Part shown: in pieces, positions 27,763 through 38,211 of the stretch
Layout: every line of letters starts with the position of its first letter
Position numbering within the stretch: position 1 is the first letter of the stretch
NCBI GenBank assembly: GCA_051362555.1
Contig: CM120649.1
Location: forward strand, 12,400,001-12,464,000
DNA from: Lingula anatina
Taxonomy: Eukaryota; Animalia; Brachiopoda
DNA: 64,000 nt
Reading direction: 5' to 3'
Translations under genes and position numbers: made by a program
Notes under the pieces: model-generated
Database searches by the model: none
The model's input: only the letters and a program-made list of their open reading frames with translations
What the model was told of the DNA's origin: nothing

Positions 27763-28782
27763 GCACAACTACGGTCCCCTCGTTGAGCAGATAAATATAA
27801 AGGTGCTAGGAGTTCCCGTAGTTCACTCGGACGTCCAGCCGAGCACGTGTTTTGCTGGCCTATTTACCAGACCGTGACCCCGGTCACTGCTGTACTGACC
27901 TCAATGATCCGAATGGCCAGTTTTTTCTTTTTTTGTTTTTTTTTATTACTATGGTGACGCGGTCATGGTTGAACGCGAGAGAAAAATTTGAGATTAGAAA
28001 CACATCTGACATATTAAATAACCTGGTAGAATATTTTATTTTATATAATTTCATTCGTTAATTGTTTTACATATATTCATTTACCTATTTCTAAATTTAT
28101 ATCGATTGTTTTGTCTGTTTTTTAGAAACTTTTTGCAAGTAAAGGAAGAATGGAAACAATGAAAAAAAAAGAAAGAAAGAAAGAAAACCTAACAAGCCAC
28201 GCAAGATTAGATCATTCAATTATACGCAGTACATGCTGATTTTCTATAGATACAGAAAATTATCACTACCAGAAAAAAACTCGTCCAGGTTATGCAACAA
28301 TTGACGTATGACCTAATTATCGTAAAGTACTAGACATACGAGAGTGCACGGTAATACACTAGCTGCCTTTTGTTAGAATTTTGATAATATATACTGGTAA
28401 TAATGTGGTATATGAGAATTTAATTTTTTTGTTTTTCCATGCAACGACGTACGGCAGTGTTATACAAATCATCTTCACCCTTAAATTCAAATCTAAATCA
28501 CGGAAGAGAAGCCAACGTATTTTAGGAACGAAAGTCTCTCCAAACTAAAAAAATTTAGAAAACAAATGTCTACCCATTTAAAGCTGACAGAGAAGTGAGG
28601 CCTATTAACGATTCTAAAACGGTGGAAATTATTCGGCCTAATTATTGTCATTAGCCTCTTTTGATATATCTTTCCCTTCAAAAACGATTATCACACCTGA
28701 TCATGAGATAGTTTCGGTAATTTAGTGCAAGCCAGTCCCAGGTCCTTGGAAGCGTTATGTAACCTGCGGTGGCCCACAAGTG

Positions 28783-29212
28783 CACTCCAAATTCCAAACG
28801 ACTCTCCCAATTCTAAACCTCACTCCGAATATTTAAACTTCACTCTCAATTCTTAAACCTCACTCCGAATATTTAAACTTCACTCTCAATTCTTAAACCT
28901 CACTCCGAATATTTAAACTTCACTCTCAATTCTTAAACCTCACTCCGAATTCGTAAACCCCACTCCGAAATCGCATACCTCACTCCGAATTCGCAAACCT
29001 CACTCCGAATTCGTAAACCTCACTCCGAATTGAAAAAGCTCACTCCGAATTCGCAAACCTCACTCCGAATTCGCAAACCTCACTCCGAATTCGTAAACCT
29101 CACTCCGAATTCGTAAACCTCACTCCGAATTGAAAAAGCTCACTCCGAATTCGCAAACCTCACTTCGAATTCGTAAACCTCACTCCGAATTCAAAAAGCT
29201 CACTCCCAATTC
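28783..29212. repeat. 20-bp minisatellite (CACTCCGAATTCGTAAACCT), about 21 units
   Basis: Direct head-to-tail repeats with no unique spacers; the left part forms a 40-bp dimer pattern. Confidence 0.95.
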
Positions 29213-29950
29213 CACTGATAATAACTCATCAGACTAACGTTAATCTTAGCTCCGATGCACATTTTAAGTACTTTCATAAGTTGTTTAATTGTGAAACATT
29301 GTTTAATGATAACAACTTAATTAGTTGCAAACACTTTGCTTTGTGTAATAAATTATTTGATGTATTTCTGCCTAATCGTTCTGTAGCAAAGAAAGTTTTA
29401 AATTCTAAAAAGATTAAAATGAAATTCAATCTCGATATCATCTAAAATACATAGTTTACAGGTTCTTAATTTTTGTGTCTGTTTACCTTCCAGTTTCTGC
29501 AGCTAGATTATGTGATGAAAGTCTTAAATTGGCGATTAATTCCTTACATTTCTGTGAAATTGGCTTATCTGAATAGAATTGCACTGCAAAATTATCAACA
29601 AGATGTTGGTACAGTAGGCCTTTACTCCTTGTGGATATTTCTCCAGTCAATGTTTGTCTAAAATTATCTTTCAATCTTTACTCTCTCAAGGACGGTATAA
29701 AATTATCTAACATATTTTCGAGAAAAATTTAAAGACAAGCCAAGTGTTTCCAGTTCATTCTGTATTCAAATTACCCAATCAAAAGTTTTTGTTAGTGTAT
29801 GGACTGAGTGCTGACTCTTCAAAATTCGAGAAATGGATTTTACGTGACTAGAATCCTTTAATCCTTTATAAGTTGAGGCAGCGAGACCCCAGCTTCAAGC
29901 ATGCACTCAGATGTAGGCTAAAGATAGAGAACCCTGGGAGATCGTCCAAG

Positions 29951-30140
29951 GGCGCATTCAGAACACGTTGATCCGTGGACTAACGGATCCGCGGGTCAAA
30001 TATGGCAGACCCACTTGAAACCTTGTCGCATAATCCTCTAATAGATACCGAATAGATTCTCCGCGGGGATAACGTGGTAAGTTTTCAAGTGGGTCGGACA
30101 TATTTGATCCGAGGATATGTTAGTCCGCGGGTCTACAAGT
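29951..30140. mobile_element. Hairpin MITE family (GGCGCATTCAGA termini); other copies ~18261-18432 and ~63803-63965; related termini at 39798-40020
   Basis: Shared CAAATATGGCAG.CCCACTTGAA core, inverted at the other end. Confidence 0.7.
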
Positions 30141-31309
30141 CATCCTAAAAATCGGTAACCAACCACGGTTACGTAAGGAAATGCCGTCCCGTTTGTTTGA
30201 GCTGACTGAATTATAAAAAATTGCAAAATAAATAAATAAATAAACAAATAAATAAATATCAAGCCTCTTCAAACTAAGCCTTAAGGAATTGCAACCTAAA
30301 TCGAAAACATATATATGAAAATTAAAATAATAACTATTTAAAACAACCAATAACCTCAATCATACTACAGTGTACTTCTTTTAACAAAAAAAAAAAAAAA
30401 AAAAAAAAAGGCTTTGTCTATATAAGCCAATGGCGAAAGCATCAAACAATAGAATTTTTCAGGGTGAATGAATTCAACCTTTATTTGGCCCGGGTTTGCT
30501 AAAGAGAGCTGAACGTTATCTAACTGTGATTCGTAAACAATAGCATTAAGAACTGTGAAATCAATTCAAAGTCACGAACGCGCAATTAATGGTCTGTAAA
30601 GTGACCGATCGAAGAGGTGTTTATGTTGATCTCAAACCAAGCGAATTTTGCATAATTTATTTTATTTATTTATTTATTTATTTATTTATTATTATTATTA
30701 TTAAGGGCCTCCCTTTTTTCAAGTGATGAATAAGGGACGTTAGATGCATTTTCACCATGTTCGTAAATGGAAAAAAATGTCTTTTTTTAACTTTCAGTGA
30801 ATTCCTTTACACACTGAAATGTTAATCTTTTTTAAAACTGATAACAGTTATGCGTTCAAACGAAGTATTTCAATTAAATATCGACTTAGCCACTGAAAAG
30901 AAATTCAAAACGCCAATGAGGTTTTAAAAGCTTTAATGAACGGAACACTTAATCAATGGAGAGATTTAATAGGGTACAATGATCATTATACCGTGACGCG
31001 GATCAGTGTTTTTAAGTATATTTCGTCAGTTCGTATTGGCCTAATCGGGATCTTCCACAAGACGCTCTCAAACCTACAGATTGCCTGAAAACTACTTGGA
31101 CCGGCAATTAAAATCAAATCCTTGGGAGAAAATGTGACGTCAAGATTGTCAATTTCGTTGCAAGATCTGGCTAAATCACTCACTTGATTTTTAGCGTAAG
31201 CTTTACTTTTCAGTTCGCATTTATGATCAACTCATTCACATTAAGATCGCAGTAAGAAATGCGTTCAGCCGTCGTCTGCTTCTGTGAATGGTCGGTTCGG
31301 GGTCTTCAT

Positions 31310-34300
31310 TTAATCTTGCAGGGTCTCCTTGTCAAACATGTACTCTCCAAGACCTGGTCCATTGCGCTTCAGATTGGTGATGTGATCGCAGATTTTCTTG
31401 ATGAATTCCACTTCATGGTGAAGGAATTCGGTCTCGATCCAGTTGGTCATCTGAAAAGGATAACATATAAATGATCAATTCAAAGCATAAGAGGCGCAAT
31501 ATAGGCGACAAAAAATCCATAATAACGACTTCTGTTTGCTTCTCGATAACCTTTTCCAAATGTTAAACTTAATATTTTTTCATTTTAAAAAGCGCGAGCA
31601 AAGAAGTGTCATAAATTAGCCATTAAGACACGTATCTGTGAATATCTAGTAAAAATCAATCTGTGACCCCGGCAGAGGGTAACAATGAATACCGTGGAGC
31701 AGAATTGTGAGGAAACTTTACCTCTGGATCCACGTGGCTCTGTGCGATCTTGTGCAGGTCCAGCCAGGCCTGGTTAACGTTCTTCTCCAAGGCCAGGACA
31801 GCCTTCATGGCGTTGGCGCCATCACCCCACTCGTCAAGGTCGGGTTTCTGTGAAATGAGAAAAATGATGATAATAAAGGGAATGAGTAAATAAACGGAAA
31901 TATATATTATCCACTAGTTATTTCCCATAAGTGTTGTTCTTCTTTCTCTCATAGAACCTGGAAATGTCAAAGATTTTAAGAGCAACTGTAGTTTATCATT
32001 CAAAATTTACAGAAAATGTTTTAAGAAACAAAAGAAAACAGAAGGAAGAAAAGAAGATACCAAATGCTTTCAAACTGTGTTTTCAAGATTTTAAGAACGA
32101 AGAACCAAAAATCGCATAACATCATGAAAAATTAAAAATCTGCGTGCAGAGTACCTTAATGTCTTGCAGCACTACCCGTCCCCCGCGCTGATTCTGGAAC
32201 TTCATGAGCTTGCAGGCGTGCTCCCTTTTCTCCCCAGACGCCTCCTTGAAGAACTCGTGGAATCCTTTCAGAGCCACGTCGTCGCGGTCGAAGTGCCATG
32301 CCTGACGACGGAAAGAAAATGAATATGAGTTCATGTTAAAAGGGACGAAGGCGAATAAACTTTTCAAAAGTTGCTTAGACCATCTGCATTGTGTTTTGGT
32401 GAAGACAAATTAATGCTTACTTAAATTACAAAATTCAAGATAATATAATTCAGAAATAACGAAAAAAGACAAAACTGGATTTTTTGTTTAAAAAAATCTA
32501 GGTAAGTCTCAGAATACAATACCGTATTGCTAACACCAACAAATATTCAGTTTCGTATTACTGTATATCCACCTTCCACTAATTAAAATAAAATAGAATC
32601 AATAGTAAAAAGGAAATTGGAAAAAAAAAACTTTTCAAGACACTCTTTGACCGTTCCCACTTTTCACTTTTTTCCCAGGCCTCGGCTTGTCACATGACGT
32701 TTATATAAAGACCTTCCTGTCTTTGACACAGCACTTGTTTTGGACACCCCGCGTTGTTGATCAGGTGTCACAGGAAAGAGAACATGATTCATTCAGATAA
32801 CGCAATCTTTGACCGTATCCTTTTTACTAAGTACACAGTTATGTAAACGGTAATGAGTGGCGATTTACTGATGCCATCGAAAATTTGCCCTCTGCCCTCT
32901 GTACCTGATTGCCTGCCATCAACTACACATATCTGATTTATTTTTCTTTTAAATTTCCAGGTTTCTCGTTCTTGTTGCACGTTTCTTTCTTTCGTGGGCG
33001 GGTGATTATGGTTAAAGGGGGTCTTTCCGATATGAGGGAAAATAAAACATATCCCAAACTTTTTCTTATATATGAAGGTCACGATCTAAACCAAAATTCG
33101 CCTTTGAGGTAGACGGCAATCAAAATAATTAATTATTTCACATTCGAGTCTGTATTGGAGAACGTCCTCTCCCCAAAAAAGAGAAGACGACTACCGCAAG
33201 GTTTTAGCCAATCAGAGTGCGTTGCCTAAAATAGCACTCGTACACTAGGAGAAACAAATATGGCGCGGTGGAGTTCGAAGTAAGTCGTTTACAGATGCAC
33301 GTTAGTTAAAACTCTCTCCCTTCATTGTTCGTGAACAGGTTTGTGCACTTAAACATTTAAAGAATTCATTTAACTTCTCGTCGGTTAAAATAGTCCAAAA
33401 ATCAACGAATGGCTTGAAAATATTTACGACGGAGTGTAGCCTTTTATGTCAACAGTGCTTGATGCCGTAATTCTCAATGCCGATTCACCGAATGAGTGAC
33501 TTGTATCAGGAAATATACCGGTGACATGATTAGAGACAGTGATATTTTTCGGGTCAACTGAACCAGCCCTTTTCGGTTGGATATTTATGAACGACTGTTA
33601 CTTTTTTTGTTGTTTGCTATGCTTTCTGAGCCGCAATTTTGACATCGCGATTTGCACGCACAGCGTAGCACGGACTACAAATGCGTTCCAGACGATTTTG
33701 ATACTTACTGGCAGTAGTGGTGAGCATCGTGCAGATGTCAAAATCGTCAATAGGAGTGCCTGAATTTTGTGCTACGCACACACGTATCTTATCTTGCTTT
33801 TCTAGTCGATCTGTTTTTATACTTTTCAGATCGAGAGTAGGCCTATTGTTGATGAGGCAAGCAGTCAGAGCAGTCCAGAACTAGAGGGTAAAGAGCTCCC
33901 TGAGGTAAAGAGTTTTCTGTTATTTTTAAATAATACAGGCCTTTTAGTTAATCTGGCATATTCCTTAGTTTTGATAGTAATGTGTAGGACCCACCTTACC
34001 CTCACCTATATTCACATGTAATAATCCACACATACAAAAAACTTATAGTTTAGGGATAACAATTGATACGCTTGAGTGCAGGACAATGATTAATTGAAGT
34101 GAAACCCATTTTGAACAGTTCACAATATTATTACTAGCATGCAATTAAATCAGTGCCAATTATTATTATTATTAGTTTTATTATTATTTTACAGCATACT
34201 ATCTTGTGATGTCAGCCTCATTAGAAAAAAAGCCCTGTATAAAGGTTTAGTAGAGTTGGCAGTGATACATAGCACTTCTAGGTCCAGTAGTACAAGGCTT

Positions 34301-35988
34301 GGAAGAGGTGTGAGATCAGGAGGATTGACTCAAGAACATGAAAGGAGAATTCAGTTACTCACAGAAGAGGTATAAAACTCATTAAATCTTTATTGAAAAG
34401 ATAAATTCTAAGTTTCTCACAATACACAAACACCATTCATATTCCTTCTTATTTTCAAAGTAAATTTATTCGATAAAATTTGGTGGTGTGAAATCCAGTC
34501 CTTATGGTTGTTTTAGTGTTCATACATTTTCAAATATTTTATTTTTGAAGTAAGCTATTGTACATATCAAAACAGAAATGACAGATATAAAAGTGAATAT
34601 ATTTTTTTCATTATCAGAGCATACATGATGGTGTTGCCAAGAAAATGATGGTGTTGCCAAGGAAAGTGCTGAATACATTGTGACAAGTGTGATGGAAATC
34701 CTGGCCTTGCACTGGATATAAAGATGCTTTTGCTAGAGAATTTACCAAGCAATGACTCAGCATCAGTGGAGATGGGACTGGCCCATCTCCCACTCACTGT
34801 AATGTCCCCTACATTTTGACTGCCGTTGAATTTGCTGGATTACTTCACTTTGAAGAAAATCACAGAATAACTATTACCATGAGTATCAGTTTACTGACCA
34901 AACATTCATAAGACCTGTAATATGCAAGTCACTGAGTAGAAAGATTCTTTTCATTCTACTGTAATTTGTGCAACCATTCAGTGAACATAAAAAATAAAGG
35001 CATAGAAAAACAAGGTGCTTTCATTTATCCCTTTCTCATATCAAAAGTAAAATGCAACTCTGTACACAATCTGTTCATAAAATCAATCATTTTAAAAGTT
35101 AATGTCATACAAGGAAATAATGTATGTCTGGATGGATTTATAAAAGAAAAGTTCATGTGAGGTAATCATCATTTTGATAAAAAAAATTCTTATATACATA
35201 TAAGGACCACGGTGCCTTGAGTCTCTTGGTTCTATCTGCACCATGGCTGCTTAGAAATGTGTACTTGTAATTCCCATGTCAAATTCCTGGTTTGTAAGAC
35301 TGGAATGTACCTTTATTTGAGCTAATTGTTTATGTAACAGCTTGAGGTCTTACTGTCATCCATGATTTTGAGTGCTTGCTTTGCTGCTTAGTATACCTAA
35401 AAACAAAACATTGACTATTGGAAAGACTTCAATGCATTTTTTTGTGAAATTAATAGCACCCACTATCTGTAATGTCTACGCCAGACATAAGAGCACTGAA
35501 TAGAGCATGGTTATCAAAATTATTTGTTTCAAAATCCAATTTATTATATAATGTTCCCCACATTAAGTACTGATATCCTGTGCTTGTCACAATTCTAGGA
35601 CTAGCTGCCATGGCAGTGTTAAACTTTATAATAAAATGGCATTGTTCCAAGTACTAACATGCATTAGATTGATATTGATGGCAAGGTGTACTGAACATGG
35701 TAAAATAAACAGCTATTGTGTGTTTGGATTCTGGGTGTCAGGTACTTACTTTGGCTCTGGCTCTATGTTGGCCTTGAACCTGATGTAGGGGTAGATGTTA
35801 CCACATGCATATTACCTGGATAAAAAATATATATACCAGTGTATTATCCTTATTCTCCAGAGATTCCCCATGAAGTCAACTTTAAAAACATAAACAGAGA
35901 ATAAACATTTACTACCATCAGATGCTGCAATTAATGTGCTCGCTTTAAATCTTTTAATTTAAATTAAATTCGAATAAGGTAAATAGTG

Positions 35989-36021
<33 letters not shown>

Positions 36022-37970
36022 GGACTTGAGTATATAACGACGTTAAGTAAGCCGACAAAAACCAGTCTTTAATAGAAGACTATTTAGCTCAATCCTTGTT
36101 TGTACTGACTGCTCTAAAGAATAATAAACTTTTCTGCGTACAGCAGGGATAACAGGGGCGGATCCAGAGATATAGGTCTATTCTGACAGTCTTCCGAGTA
36201 ATGTTGATCCATCCTCCATTTTTGACCGCCTTTCGACAGAAATATTACATATACCCGCCAATGAAAACTTGAAAATCTAACCGTCTTCCGGAAGAACCAG
36301 AAGACGCCCTAAATCCGCCTCCTGAATATGTTCTCAATGAAAGAGTCGGACGTGATAAGAGATCGAAATAACCTACCCGTATCCGGCAGAATTTTGTCAG
36401 TTTCTCGCTTGTCAGTTTTATTTCCTACTTCTGCTTTGTCTACCTCACCGGCCTGCCAATGAAAATAACATCCTCTGCTTCTGCATTTCCCGTTTTATTT
36501 CCTTTTTCATTGTCCCGTAGAGTTATTCTTCTCTCTTTCAACTCACGTGTACTCGGACTACCCTCCATCTTGGTTTGCAGTGACATCCGGGTCTTCTCCA
36601 GAGCGTAGTAAACAGTAGTATTCAGTCATATGCAAATTGAGGCAAGTCCCAGAATTCCATGCGTAGGGGAGTAATGGCGAGAAGTTTAGACGAAAAAAAA
36701 ATGCTGCGCTTTTTTTTCTTTAAGTGATCTTAAAAACCTATACCTCGACCTTTATTTTCTCAACGGTTTCGTGTGAGACATGCTTTGGGGTTCAGGATCA
36801 AATAGGCAAAGTTTCAGAGAAAGGCCTATTTAAGCGTCTACAGCGGAAAGACATCCTTTAATGGTTTATGACGCTTTTTAATATTTTTTATGTCCAATGT
36901 TTGGATTTAAAAATTGCCTCCGCTGCCTTTAATCCACTCTATGCTTTGACTTGCCTTTTTCTTCTTATCTCCTCTTTAAATAAGATACGCTGTCATATTT
37001 CCGTCGCTTTTCAGATAACGCACAATACGACCATGGGGTTACATGATATTTCGCATGAGTCATTAATTCTGGGTCTTGAAACTTAGTCAAGGCCAGAAAA
37101 AATCAACTACGCACAAAACAGTGAAACTGAGAGTCGAAAAGCTCGCTGCTATATAGGGGGCCGGGGCTGGAGGTTATAATACGTATACATGGCGTCGAAG
37201 TGTTTTTATATTCTCTTCGATGTCATCATCCTGTAATAACATTTTCTTTGGAATTTTTGGAGATTCCACTACTATTTTAAGATGTGTCAAAATATTTTGT
37301 CTGGATTGGTATTCAAACTCAGTGATAACTGCGCGCGCCAAGTTTTCGCCTTCTTACTTTGCCATTCAACAGTTTGCCATTTTTCTACTGCACATCTTAT
37401 TTTCCTTTACCTTTATTATTTAACAACAAAGGCTATCCAACCCTAATAATCCTGCAATAGCTGACGGGACCAGGATTTGCTAAGGAACACAAAAATAATT
37501 ATTGGAGAGCGAAGCAGGTCAAATGATATTAGAGGCGAGAATAATATTACGGCAATATGTAGGACATAGGAACAGAAAATTGAGCAAACATTGAGCAAAC
37601 AAAATGGAGGGAATCGAAGAGGTATATATAACATTATTGAGGTACAATCAGTTGCAACTTACACCTCAGCGTAGTCATTTAAAGGAAACCATTTGAGTCT
37701 GTTTCTTACCTAAGCTTGATGATAAAAGAAAATACGGTTGGTAGAAAACCTGCAGAAATTCATTTTAAAGATGTGCACGACCAAAAAACAAAAGGCCAGA
37801 CCAACATTTAATACCACTTTTAACTGACAATCTAATTAGCAGACGCTGTTGTTAATCGTACTCACCAAGGAATGGTAGACGTAACTGGCATAGTAATTCA
37901 GATTAATCTGCTTGTTGACGCCTGCCTCGCTTTCTGAATGATAGTTCTGGCGGGGAAGAGACAATGCCAT
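31310..37970 (-). CDS. Ferritin paralog B (172 aa, cytosolic type, L-chain-like substitutions)
   Basis: Exons: 37866-37970 [35 protein letters not shown]; 32155-32301 [49 protein letters not shown]; 31722-31847 [42 protein letters not shown]; 31310-31450 [46 protein letters not shown]. Canonical animal ferritin intron positions. Confidence 0.94.
33016..36857. mobile_element. Decayed Kolobok-type DNA transposon in ferritin B intron 1
   Basis: TTAA|AGGGGGTCTTTCCG at 33012-33029 and CGGAAAGACATCCT|TTAA at 36844-36861 form a 14-bp imperfect TIR with TTAA duplication. Inside are two inward-facing promoter/exon remnants (ATGGCG...GAA|GTAAG near 33260-33280 plus; ATGGAGGGT near 36568 minus) and degraded coding fragments. 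Family assignment rests on AGG termini plus TTAA TSD. Confidence 0.7.
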
Positions 37971-38074
37971 GGTGCCGTCGATGGAGAACGCTCTTCACGA
38001 TGCTAAGACAAAATATTGCTTTAAAAAATCACTGATTGATTTTCAAGATTTTTGGAGGGAAAACAGTCGCTCAA

Positions 38075-38100
38075 TCCGTACGTACACTGACGTCCCAAGA
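38075..38100 (-). promoter_or_regulatory. Variant IRE in ferritin B 5'UTR
   Basis: TCTTGG GACGT CAGTGT ACGTA CGGA: loop, 4-bp upper stem and lower stem are present, but the bulged C is replaced by G and the fifth pair is G.A. Confidence 0.7.
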
Positions 38101-38154
38101 GTTGAGTCGACTAAAGTTGCTAGCTAGTATGTCGCACGCTAGCCCCGACGCTGC

Positions 38155-38211
38155 TTTTATAGTCACCGTGACCTCATCGCCACGTGACATTATGTCACTA
38201 AATGACTGTGC
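38155..38211 (-). promoter_or_regulatory. TATA box and upstream motifs of ferritin B
   Basis: TATAAAA (minus) at 38155-38161, about 55 nt upstream of the IRE. GTGACATTATGTCAC palindrome near 38184-38198 and an ARE-like TGACnnnGC at 38203-38211. Confidence 0.5.

Noticed and set aside
28783-29212. Regular 20-bp repeats resembling a CRISPR array
   Set aside because: Head-to-tail with no unique spacers, eukaryotic context, no cas genes: a minisatellite.
31310-32367. Ferritin B as a 5'-truncated pseudogene (no exon 1 nearby)
   Set aside because: An intact in-phase exon 1 with IRE-like hairpin and TATA box lies at 37866-37970; the intron is simply expanded by the transposon.
33260-36570. A nested host gene inside ferritin B intron 1
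   Set aside because: Bounded by TIRs and a TTAA TSD and full of stops and frameshifts; treated as a transposon relic.
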